Virus record (IMG/VR): IMGVR_UViG_3300045015_000053
Origin: a virus
Lineage: Duplodnaviria; Caudoviricetes
Strand: one strand, 5' to 3'
DNA: 64,000 nucleotides
In this document: positions 54,836 through 63,031 of the stretch, one piece after another
How the letters are laid out: each line of letters starts with the position of its first letter
Position numbering within the stretch: the stretch's first letter is position 1
Translations under genes and position numbers: made by a program
The notes under the pieces: model-generated
What the model saw: the letters and a program-made list of their open reading frames with translations, nothing else
Told to the model about the DNA's origin: nothing
The model's database searches: none

Positions 54836-55605
54836 AGCTCACATTCGCCGGTGTCGGTTCGGCCTTCACCGACAGCCGTTACTGGCAATCGAACATGTTC
54901 TTCACCTCGAAGCAGGGGAAGAGATTGATGATCGATTGCGGCGGTGATGCCCGGTTCAGTTTCGGCGAACACGGCGCTACCAACCGCAACATCGGGGATT
55001 GGTCGGATGGCGTTTACATCAGCCACCTTCACGCCGACCACATCGGCGGGCTGGAGTGGTACGCCTTCTGCACCTACTTCAATCCCAACGTGTCGCGGCC
55101 CAAGTTGTTCATCGTGGACGAACTGGTCGATCCGCTGTGGGAGAGCTTGAAGGGCGGGCTGGCCTCGCTGGAAGGCAAGGTCATGACGCTCGAAGACTTC
55201 TTCGACGTGCGTGAGTTGCACATCAACAGCAGCTTCGTCTGGGAGGAACTGAACTTCACCCCGATTCAGACCGTTCACATTATGAACGGCATGGGGATCG
55301 TGCCTTCTTACGGGTTGCTCGTCAAAGAAAACGGCAACCCCGCGACCGCGTTCATCACCACGGACACGCAATACTGTCCGCGCCAGATCGAGCGATTCTA
55401 CGAACGCTCCAGCATCATCTTCCACGACGCCGAAACCGGCGCGAGACGGAGCGGCATTCACGCATACTACGACGACCTCAAGACGTTGCAAGCCGAACAC
55501 AAGGCGAAGATGTGGTTGTATCACTACAACCCCGACCCGACCCAAGAAGCCGAGGCAGACGGGTTCAAAGGGTTTGTGAAAAAGGGACAAACCTTCGAGA
55601 TCTAA
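54832..55605 (+). CDS. MBL-fold metallohydrolase, Apyc1 (anti-Pycsar)-like
   Basis: GVGSAF, LMIDCG, SHLHADHIGGLE, LWESLKGGL, TTDT, IFHD, GIHA, LYHY. Confidence 0.85.
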   Translation: MKLTFAGVGSAFTDSRYWQSNMFFTSKQGKRLMIDCGGDARFSFGEHGATNRNIGDWSDGVYISHLHADHIGGLEWYAFCTYFNPNVSRPKLFIVDELVDPLWESLKGGLASLEGKVMTLEDFFDVRELHINSSFVWEELNFTPIQTVHIMNGMGIVPSYGLLVKENGNPATAFITTDTQYCPRQIERFYERSSIIFHDAETGARRSGIHAYYDDLKTLQAEHKAKMWLYHYNPDPTQEAEADGFKGFVKKGQTFEI

Positions 55606-55615
55606 AGTCTTCTCG

Positions 55616-55627
55616 GTCTATACTGAC
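55616..55627 (+). promoter_or_regulatory. GTCTATACTGAC promoter box
   Basis: Exact motif. Confidence 0.75.
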
Positions 55628-55650
55628 GGTGAAGAAAGAGGACTCAAAAC

Positions 55651-56046
55651 ATGATCAGCCCAAAAGAACTCCGCAAACTGACTGACGAAGCTCTGGTCAA
55701 CGCCGAGAAGGAACGAACTCGGCAGGCCGAGGAGCAGTTGCGGATTGCCGAAGAGAACAAAAAGAAACGCGAGAACCGCGCCGCGACGATTCTGGCCGAG
55801 ATCCCCGCAAAAGCTCGCGAGGCGGCGGTGAAGGGGAGTTGTTCGGTCGCCATCATGCGACTAGAATACCCTGAGTTCGACAAACCGTCCGGCACCCACT
55901 TCGCCCTTTGCGAACCGCAATGGTTGAAGGGCGCGGCCAAGATCGTGTGGGATCACTGCGTCGAGGCCAATCTGAAGCCGAGGCTGGAACACTGGCACGA
56001 CGGCGTGGGCATCCACGAGAGCTTCGACATCATCGTACAATGGTAG
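55651..56046 (+). CDS. hypothetical protein with an N-terminal coiled coil
   Basis: GAGGA RBS. Confidence 0.8.
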   Translation: MISPKELRKLTDEALVNAEKERTRQAEEQLRIAEENKKKRENRAATILAEIPAKAREAAVKGSCSVAIMRLEYPEFDKPSGTHFALCEPQWLKGAAKIVWDHCVEANLKPRLEHWHDGVGIHESFDIIVQW

Positions 56047-56387
56047 TCTTCTTGAAGGGTAGGCCACAACCAAAGGGTGGCCGGCTCGGTAAGAGCCGCA
56101 GTCGGGAATCTTGCCCGGTCTGGCATACATCGTGATAGACATAGTATGCCCACGAGGAGCCGCGCGAAAACTGGTGTATAACACTGGTGGCCTAGACGAA
56201 TCCAAAGTCGAGAAATTGGGACGGTGGTAACGTCGTAAGCGTTACCGCACCAACGCGAAAAATGGCCCGGTCGCTCTGGGGAACAGGGCGGCGACGAGCA
56301 AAGGTCGAAAACGCCGTCCGTGGTTGACGTAAAACTAGCCCTTCCTGGCGCGAAGTGAAACTCGTTGTGTTTTCTGGTTGTCGCTAC

Positions 56388-56479
56388 AACCGGCCCCATT
56401 TCAACAGTTGGGGGCAAATTAACTGGCCCTTTTCAATGGTTGGGGTAACTAACTAGCCCTTTTAAGCGGGTTGGGGCAA
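56388..56479. repeat. three imperfect 28-30 bp direct repeats AACYRGCCC(N7-9)RGTTGGGGYAA
   Basis: Units at 56388-56417, 56421-56448 and 56451-56479; partial copy AACTAGCCCTT near 56332. Confidence 0.85.
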
Positions 56480-56654
56480 GCTCAGGAATCTGAGCGGACT
56501 AACTGCCGATCTTGTCAGTTCTCCGTAACTGAACTGACCCGATGACGCCGGATCGTGAAGCCGTCCAGCTAGAAAACCCGTCATGCGTGTGGTTCGCCAT
56601 TGCATGGGGATGCTGGCCCTTGAAATAGATCGTTCCGGCGTTTGACGCACTCAT

Positions 56655-56687
56655 CGCCCCGGTCAGAAATGGCCGGGGCGTTTTCTT
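56655..56687 (+). terminator. Rho-independent terminator
   Basis: CGCCCCGGTCA-gaaa-TGGCCGGGGCG then TTTTCTT. Confidence 0.8.
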
Positions 56688-56759
56688 GTTCCAAAAAACT
56701 CGGACAGCCGCCCGTAGTCACCGTTAAGAACCAACGTCGCCCCCAACAAGGTACTCAAG

Positions 56760-57512
56760 ATGAGCAGCATCCACATCACGAGCTTCGTTCGCCGCCAAAC
56801 CCCGCAGAGCGGTTTCTCGCACTGGACGATCAGTGACGACGAACTGATCTCTCGCGTGGTGGCGGGCCTCCCCAACGCCAAGCGGGGCTACCGCGACGGC
56901 GTGTTACTCGTGCCGGTCAAGCCGGACGGGTTCTTCGCCGGCCTCGTCAAACTCAAGGACGGGGACAAGCTCGTCGGCGAGTACAAAGCACGCAGACCCG
57001 GCGAAGACCCACGCAAGTCAACATACGCCCTCGACGGCGTCAAGATGCCCGCCGTGAGCGTGTACGTCGTCCTCTACGCTCACGACGTGTTGGCCGAGAA
57101 GAACGAAAACGAAACCGACGCGGCGTTCGAGGTCGTGTCCGTCAACGCGAACGTGACGGAAGAGGAAGCTCCGATTCCGACCGGCGCTCTCATCGCCAAC
57201 CACTTCGGGCTGTCCGGTGGCACGAACACCAACATGACGGACAGCGAGTTCGTCGCGTTGCTCCGCAAGAGCGTGGAGTTCTGGAAGGACAAGGCTTTGG
57301 CCTGTCCGCAGGAACTGAAGCCCGACGCAGTCGCAGTTGATATTTTCAACTGCATGTTCCGTGGGTGGGCTGCTGGCGACTTCCGCCTCGCGTCCGGCAT
57401 CAGCTATGGGCAAGTGATCGAGTGGACGAAGTCGCAGGGCGGCGATCCCACACCGCTACTCAGGCGAATGGCGGAACTCGAAGAGTTGGCTAAGAACTAC
57501 AAAGACAGCTAA
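56760..57512 (+). CDS. DUF3228-like protein
   Basis: GYRDGVLLV, YKARRPGE, VVLYAHDVL, EVVS, EAPI..L.ANHFG..GG resemble the family pattern. Confidence 0.55.
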   Translation: MSSIHITSFVRRQTPQSGFSHWTISDDELISRVVAGLPNAKRGYRDGVLLVPVKPDGFFAGLVKLKDGDKLVGEYKARRPGEDPRKSTYALDGVKMPAVSVYVVLYAHDVLAEKNENETDAAFEVVSVNANVTEEEAPIPTGALIANHFGLSGGTNTNMTDSEFVALLRKSVEFWKDKALACPQELKPDAVAVDIFNCMFRGWAAGDFRLASGISYGQVIEWTKSQGGDPTPLLRRMAELEELAKNYKDS

Positions 57513-57526
57513 AAGACGGCTCGACA

Positions 57527-57561
57527 ATTTAGCCGCAGGAAACACATCCTGCGGCTAAATA
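57527..57561. promoter_or_regulatory. 14-bp inverted repeat whose right arm carries the CTAAATA late-like box
   Basis: ATTTAGCCGCAGGA-aacaca-TCCTGCGGCTAAAT; ATG 5 nt after the box. Confidence 0.7.
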
Positions 57562-57566
57562 GTTTC

Positions 57567-58142
57567 ATGAAAACCTTCGCAGAGTGGCTCGCCGTGGAAG
57601 CTCGCGCACCCAAGAACGAGTTGTTGCAATACGCACCCAACAAGAAGTATTTCACCATTTCTCCGCAATGGCACGACTTCTCTATTTGGTTTGAAAAGCA
57701 ACCGCCGTCCGACGCCGAACTCAGGATGATGGCCGAAATCATCAGCGGTCACGGATTCCCGACCAGAGTTGCCAAGACGGGCGAGCAATGGCCCTACAGC
57801 GGTGACAGGCGGTACGACGATCTGGCTGACGAAATCCGTCACAAGTGGGACGTTGCAGTTGATGACGCCGTCGAGGGCGTCCGAAAGTATCGCGCCGTTG
57901 TCGGCAGGAAGATCTCACACGGCACTCACCACGACGGCGGCGAGCGGATGCCATTCTATAACGACCAGATCGCCACCATCGTACACAACCTGCGATACGT
58001 CAAAGACGACCCCGAAAAAGCCAAGAAGATGTTCGACGCAATGGACCGCAACACCAAGTTCATTCTCGTTCACGACGCCGGTATGTTCACCTCGGACGGC
58101 GCATTGACTCCAGTCGCATCACAGTACCTCCGAGGCTACTAA
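57567..58142 (+). CDS. putative capsid-internal protein
   Basis: MKTFAEWLAVE closely resembles the T4 internal protein targeting sequence MKTYQEFIAE. Confidence 0.75.
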   Translation: MKTFAEWLAVEARAPKNELLQYAPNKKYFTISPQWHDFSIWFEKQPPSDAELRMMAEIISGHGFPTRVAKTGEQWPYSGDRRYDDLADEIRHKWDVAVDDAVEGVRKYRAVVGRKISHGTHHDGGERMPFYNDQIATIVHNLRYVKDDPEKAKKMFDAMDRNTKFILVHDAGMFTSDGALTPVASQYLRGY

Positions 58143-59098
58143 CTAAGATGAGGGATTGCCTTCTCGCCCACCCACGCGAGAATCTTGGTATCACCACGCT
58201 CTACCGCCTCGATCCAGCGGTGTTTGCCTTCGATAACGACCACCGGCCCTTTCACTGTGTAGGTGGGGTGTTTGCTCAACACTTCGTTCGCTTCCACGAT
58301 GATCGGCCCTAAGCTTTGGCTGCACGGCAGGTACTGCGGTCCTGTCGGTTTGAGTTTGGCGGTTTCCACTTCCATCAACTTGAACTTCTTGCTCACCACC
58401 AGATCAATCGGCACCGGGTCCAGCATTCCACGCACCTGATGCTCGTCAACTTCGGCTGCGTACTGGAAGAAACCCCACGAAACGGCTTGTTTGAAGAAGT
58501 CCTTCATCTTCCCGAACATCACGAACTTCTGGTCGTCGTCCTCCACGATTCCGTCTTTGGCCGCGAACGCGGTCATGGGATTCTTGTTTTCCGATTTTAG
58601 CAGCCGGCTCAGGTACGGGAAAACGGCGGGCGGCACCAGTGATCGCGCCGCTTCGTAGCCTTTGTTGATGCACACGTCTTTGACGGTACTGGATCGGATG
58701 TTCCTGATCTTGTCCGGGCCGAAGACGTAGTAGAAGTTGAGTTGCGGGCCGTGCGCCCGCATGTTCCGCTCGATGGCCTGCTCGTACACCAGATCGCGAG
58801 CATCGCGAACCCCACGAACGAGACAGATGTCGTTAAAATGAATGCCGCGTTCTGCGACCTGTTTCTTGCACCAGTCAACTGTCGTGGGGGTGTCAAGTAT
58901 CTGGACGTAGGCTTTGGTGTGGGAGATTGATAGGGAGAGCATGTCCGCGCGTTCGCGGAGGGTGAAGGTGTAGTGCTTGGCGGGGTTGGGGCCAATGACC
59001 GCCTGAACCTCGTCGGCCATCTTGCAGGCTTGTTCGATGAGGTAAACGTGGCCGAGTTGTACGGGATCGTAACTGCCGGCGACGACAGCGATTTTCAT
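58139..59098 (-). CDS. coaD: phosphopantetheine adenylyltransferase (CoaD)-like domain fused to a ParB-N/sulfiredoxin-like domain
   Basis: AVVAGSYDPVQLGH, NPAK, FTLRER, LVRGVRD...YE, IRSSTVK; C-terminal PVVVIEGKHRWIEAVERG. Confidence 0.8.
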   Translation of the reverse strand: MKIAVVAGSYDPVQLGHVYLIEQACKMADEVQAVIGPNPAKHYTFTLRERADMLSLSISHTKAYVQILDTPTTVDWCKKQVAERGIHFNDICLVRGVRDARDLVYEQAIERNMRAHGPQLNFYYVFGPDKIRNIRSSTVKDVCINKGYEAARSLVPPAVFPYLSRLLKSENKNPMTAFAAKDGIVEDDDQKFVMFGKMKDFFKQAVSWGFFQYAAEVDEHQVRGMLDPVPIDLVVSKKFKLMEVETAKLKPTGPQYLPCSQSLGPIIVEANEVLSKHPTYTVKGPVVVIEGKHRWIEAVERGDTKILAWVGEKAIPHLS

Positions 59099-59169
59099 CT
59101 TATTCCTCGAACTGGTTTACAATGTGACCTAGCCGGCCTATTTTGATTTTACCACGAACGGGGGTTCCC

Positions 59170-59523
59170 ATGACGACGACTGACGCGATTCGGAAGGCTC
59201 TCACCGACTATCGTCGGGATCAAGTAGCGGTCATTCACCAGATGGCCCGCGAACGCGGCATGGACGAACGCGACCTCTCCGTCGCGCAGTACCGCTACTT
59301 GATTCTCGAAGAGGCGTCGTGGTCCGAGAAGGCGTCCCGCGCCACCTGCCTCCCGGCAGACGAGCGGGAGATGGAGAGCCGCTACGCCGCGAAACTTCGC
59401 TCCATCGCCTCCAACATCACAACCAGCGAGAAGGATCATGGGCTTCAACACGACGGTGGTCGTTCTGAACGACGTTCTGGGCGAAATCGAGAAGGACGAA
59501 AAGTTCGGCGAGAAGCTCGCTGA
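59170..59523 (+). CDS. hypothetical protein (3' end overlaps the next gene)
   Basis: GGGG RBS-like; ORF. Confidence 0.6.
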   Translation: MTTTDAIRKALTDYRRDQVAVIHQMARERGMDERDLSVAQYRYLILEEASWSEKASRATCLPADEREMESRYAAKLRSIASNITTSEKDHGLQHDGGRSERRSGRNREGRKVRREAR

Positions 59524-59752
59524 CGCGATCAAGTCGTTGTCCGGCCCCGACCCCGTTTCCATGTTGGGTGGCGGGGTCAAGGTGCTGGCAACGCACCACA
59601 ACAGCAACGTAGCTGTTGTGGCGGTCGGCGGCAACTACGGAACGGTTCTCGCGTGGGGACCGGACGTTTCACACCACACCTACGAAGGTCAAGAAAAGCT
59701 TCTCAAGGCTCTGGCCGAGAAGCTCGGATACCGCCTTACCAAGAAGCCATGA
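59438..59752 (+). CDS. hypothetical phage protein
   Basis: GAAGGA RBS. Confidence 0.8.
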   Translation: MGFNTTVVVLNDVLGEIEKDEKFGEKLADAIKSLSGPDPVSMLGGGVKVLATHHNSNVAVVAVGGNYGTVLAWGPDVSHHTYEGQEKLLKALAEKLGYRLTKKP

Positions 59753-60003
59753 AATACATCGTCTGGGATCTGATTTCTGACTACGACGGCTTCTGGCAAA
59801 CCGAGTGCGCCACTTGGGAAGAAGCTGTCGCGTGCGTCCGTGCGGCCTGCAAAGAAAACAAAAAGGCTCTCGCCCAGTTCAAGAAGTGGCAAGAGGGCAA
59901 GATCGCCGAAATCCGCGTCATGGGCAAGGGGTTCGGCAAGTCCGAAGCCACCGAAGTCAACGTCTTCGTCACCAGCAAAAAACTCACCGAGCCGCAAGAA
60001 TGA
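59749..60003 (+). CDS. hypothetical protein
   Basis: ATGA coupling. Confidence 0.75.
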   Translation: MKYIVWDLISDYDGFWQTECATWEEAVACVRAACKENKKALAQFKKWQEGKIAEIRVMGKGFGKSEATEVNVFVTSKKLTEPQE

Positions 60004-60371
60004 ATCTCGCGTTCTTCAACTTCTCCGTCAAGATGACCGACGCCGACATTCGGCGCTCGGTCTACGAGGCAGCCGTCATCACCCAGAAGATGGGCGAAGG
60101 CGTACTCGTCAGCATCGACGGATACGACAACGACCCCCGCGACCTCTGGAACATCCCCGAAGTCGTCGTCTTTGCCAAGCGATTGGTCGCCAACGGCGTG
60201 TGCAGCGTAGCCGTCGTTTCGACCATCCTCGACCCGAAGTTCGACGGGCCGGGTGGCAGACCGTTCGGCGGCTTCGAGGTCTGGTTGCTGCTGGTGGCCG
60301 AGAAGGTGGGCGTCCCGTACAACGCGGCACCCCCATCGGTCCCGCTGCCGGTCGCCAACGGCAAGAAGTAA
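60000..60371 (+). CDS. hypothetical protein
   Basis: ATGA coupling; DPRDLWNIPEV motif. Confidence 0.75.
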   Translation: MNLAFFNFSVKMTDADIRRSVYEAAVITQKMGEGVLVSIDGYDNDPRDLWNIPEVVVFAKRLVANGVCSVAVVSTILDPKFDGPGGRPFGGFEVWLLLVAEKVGVPYNAAPPSVPLPVANGKK

Positions 60372-60441
60372 AATGACCGCTGACGTGCGGACATATCATT
60401 GTGTCCGCACGTCCTTTGTCACATTTACATGGGTGCCAATC

Positions 60442-61578
60442 ATGCCTGCTTCAGTCAAGCCCCCGTTGGTTTCCGAGCTTCAATACTTCAGCCGCATTTG
60501 CGCCCAAGCAATCGGTCGCGTCAAGCCGGAAAACCTGTTCTTCTTCTCGATCCAGAACATCAACCAGATCCACCGCGATGCACTGCTCAACACGAGCGTG
60601 TTGCTGGACACGTTGCCGCTCGGCGAGAACTGTGCCACGGTTCTGTCCACGTCAATTCGCAAGTCCCCCTTCAATCAGCTTTCGATCAGGCTGATGTATC
60701 AGAAAGACACGGGCGTCAAGTATGCTCTGCTCTACTACCTGAACAACTTCGGACAGGCCCAATACTATCTGGTCGTCCAACAAACCAAGTTCAGGAAACT
60801 TTACCAGTACGCAATCAGGACCGGGCGGAACAACCTGAAGTTGGAGCCGCCGGTTCTTTACGACAACGTGATCGACAAGATCAACGACCTCGTCATGGGC
60901 GTCAAGAAGGACCGGGTCTTCAAAGACTACGGCATCCGCCTGAATCGCGGTCTGATCTTCTACGGCCCACCGGGTAACGGCAAGACGTTCGCGAGCAGGT
61001 ACATTCAACAGCTTTGCGCCAAACACCTGATACCCTGCGGCGTGTACAAGACCGTTGACATCGAAGTCGCGTACAAGGAAAACAGACTGGCCCACGTTTT
61101 CAACGTGGCACACGTTCAAATCTTCGATGACGTGGACATCAACCTGTTCGTTCGTCGGGGTGCGAACACGGTAACGTCTTCGATCCTGTCCGCAATGGAC
61201 GGCGTGACGACCAGCCAGAAAGCGTGTCTTCGGTTCTTCACGACCAACGAAGACATCGACAGCATGGACTACGCTTTCCTTCGCCCCGGACGCATCGACA
61301 CCTGCGTCAAGATTGACAAGCCCGACCAGAAGTTGACGGCCATCTTTTGGGAGCGGTGGAAGAAGAAACCGAAAGAACTGGTGGTCGAAAAGCTGGTGAA
61401 GGCTTCGGCCGATATGTCCTTCGCGCAGATGGAGTTTCTGAAGATCATCCTCGTTCAGAACTTCCAGCAGAACAAGCAGTGGGACATTACGAAAGCGGTC
61501 GAGATGCTGAAGGCGTCTTATTCGAGGCGGCGCGGCAAGAACGCCGGGTTCCGCCCCGACACCTGTGTGGAAGAATAA
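60442..61578 (+). CDS. AAA+ ATPase (classical clade)
   Basis: GLIFYGPPGNGKT, IFDDVD, FTTN, LRPGRID. Confidence 0.9.
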   Translation: MPASVKPPLVSELQYFSRICAQAIGRVKPENLFFFSIQNINQIHRDALLNTSVLLDTLPLGENCATVLSTSIRKSPFNQLSIRLMYQKDTGVKYALLYYLNNFGQAQYYLVVQQTKFRKLYQYAIRTGRNNLKLEPPVLYDNVIDKINDLVMGVKKDRVFKDYGIRLNRGLIFYGPPGNGKTFASRYIQQLCAKHLIPCGVYKTVDIEVAYKENRLAHVFNVAHVQIFDDVDINLFVRRGANTVTSSILSAMDGVTTSQKACLRFFTTNEDIDSMDYAFLRPGRIDTCVKIDKPDQKLTAIFWERWKKKPKELVVEKLVKASADMSFAQMEFLKIILVQNFQQNKQWDITKAVEMLKASYSRRRGKNAGFRPDTCVEE

Positions 61579-61653
61579 AACCGCCGCTTCCCTATCACGA
61601 TTTTTTTTGATATGATAGGGTGGGGTTGAAGGCGGTTTACACAAAGGTGTGTT

Positions 61654-61842
61654 ATGAAGATGTCATGGGACGATTTCCGTTATCTGGGTTACATCCTCTT
61701 CGGCGTGGGCATCGCCACGCTCGCCAAGTCGGGCGGCATGGCCTGCGCGGGCTACGAGATCTCGCCCACTCAAACAGGCATCTTCGGTGCTGTCTGTTTG
61801 ATCTTCGGTAGCTCGTGGTTGTCTCGTACCGACAAGAAGTGA
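61654..61842 (+). CDS. small 2-TM membrane protein
   Basis: Two hydrophobic helices. Confidence 0.7.
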   Translation: MKMSWDDFRYLGYILFGVGIATLAKSGGMACAGYEISPTQTGIFGAVCLIFGSSWLSRTDKK

Positions 61843-61846
61843 GATC

Positions 61847-62053
61847 ATGAGCAAGCACAAGAAAAAGTTCGGCGTCTACCACTGGGACACGTTCGACAAC
61901 ACGAGCCTGTTCCTAAAGGACTTCGACACCGAAGAAGAGGCCGAAGCGTTCGTCCACGAACGGTATGCCGGTCGCATCCGAAGTACCGGCGCGGATCGCG
62001 TGGACATCGTTGAAGGTCCGGGGCATGTGGTTCAATCTTTTTCTGTAAGTTGA
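61847..62053 (+). CDS. hypothetical protein
   Basis: Clean ORF. Confidence 0.75.
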   Translation: MSKHKKKFGVYHWDTFDNTSLFLKDFDTEEEAEAFVHERYAGRIRSTGADRVDIVEGPGHVVQSFSVS

Positions 62054-62142
62054 TCCTGAAAAATTACTGCGAATTCAATTTCGCATCTTTACAACAGGCG
62101 CAGGAAACTTTAGACTCTAAGAACACTCAACGGAGGTTCGTC

Positions 62143-62628
62143 ATGAGTTTCGAGGAAGTCCTGCGGCAGAAGATCAGCGGCACCAAGTCCAAAGTCGGCC
62201 GCAGCGTGCTGAAGGTCGCTCTGGGCGAGTTCCAGCAGAAGAACGCCAACGGAAAGGCTACCGAACAGGACGGCCTTTCCGTTGTCGAGAAGATCATCAA
62301 CGGCAACCGCGAAACGCTCGCCGTTTTGAAACAAGAAGACGCCCGTCGCGCCGACCTCGAAGAAGAGATCGTTACCCTCTCGTCGCTCCTCCCGACCTAC
62401 CTGACGGCGGATGAGGTGTTGGAGAAGGTCCGCGCCGACAGTTCGCTGTTCGGGGAAGTCAATACAGTGCTGAGTCAAGGCGACAAAACCCGTCCGGTCG
62501 AAGACCCTGCGAACGCCAAGCTGGTCGGTCGCGCGACGGGTTCGGTCGTCAAGTTCTTCAAGTCGGCAAACATTGCCGTGAAGGGCGACACCGTCAAAGA
62601 AGCCCTGTCGCGGTTGTTTCGTGAATAG
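62143..62628 (+). CDS. GatB/YqeY-domain protein
   Basis: SVLKVALGEFQQK, VVEKII...RE, EEEIVTLSSLLPTYLTADE; GGAGG RBS. Confidence 0.75.
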   Translation: MSFEEVLRQKISGTKSKVGRSVLKVALGEFQQKNANGKATEQDGLSVVEKIINGNRETLAVLKQEDARRADLEEEIVTLSSLLPTYLTADEVLEKVRADSSLFGEVNTVLSQGDKTRPVEDPANAKLVGRATGSVVKFFKSANIAVKGDTVKEALSRLFRE

Positions 62629-62636
62629 GAGCTAAC

Positions 62637-63029
62637 ATGTCCACCATCGCTGACACGACCGAGTTCTCTCTCGACATCGGTGTCAACCCCGGTTTCTTCC
62701 ACGACAACGCGGTTAAAGACCCGTTGAAGGTGGTCGCAGACCTGTGGCAGAAGTTCGCGGAAGAGATCTTCAAGGACTGTAACGTCTACGTCGCGGCGGT
62801 GATCTGCCCCACGAAAACCGTGTACAACACGGCGTGGGGCTGCCCGGCCGGTGGCGAAGACACCATCACCATCCACGGCGTTCGGAACCCGGAATTCACT
62901 CCGAACGAGGACGTGTGGAAGGTGACGGTGGGCCGCGTGGCGATTCGGTTGGCGAAAGAACTTCAACAATCTACGGCCTACTTGGTGTTCAGGAAGGTCG
63001 AGTTGTTGTACCTCAAGGCGAGTGCCTAG
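62637..63029 (+). CDS. hypothetical protein
   Basis: AGGAG RBS. Confidence 0.8.
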   Translation: MSTIADTTEFSLDIGVNPGFFHDNAVKDPLKVVADLWQKFAEEIFKDCNVYVAAVICPTKTVYNTAWGCPAGGEDTITIHGVRNPEFTPNEDVWKVTVGRVAIRLAKELQQSTAYLVFRKVELLYLKASA

Positions 63030-63031
63030 TC

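Larger units (their letters stand above)
56050..56690 (+). ncRNA. candidate large structured ncRNA or origin region, about 640 nt
   Basis: Longest gene-free stretch; many consecutive hairpins, a UUCG-loop stem, three tandem units and a terminal terminator. Confidence 0.45.

Noticed and set aside
56388-56479. CRISPR array
   Set aside because: Only three degenerate units with 2-3 nt between them; no spacers and no cas genes.
56050-56690. tmRNA (expected partner of SmpB), group I/II intron or hammerhead
   Set aside because: No GGGG..GATTCGAC 5' end, T-arm plus CCA, ALAA-type tag, intron P7 or domain V, or CUGANGA/GAAA core was found by eye.
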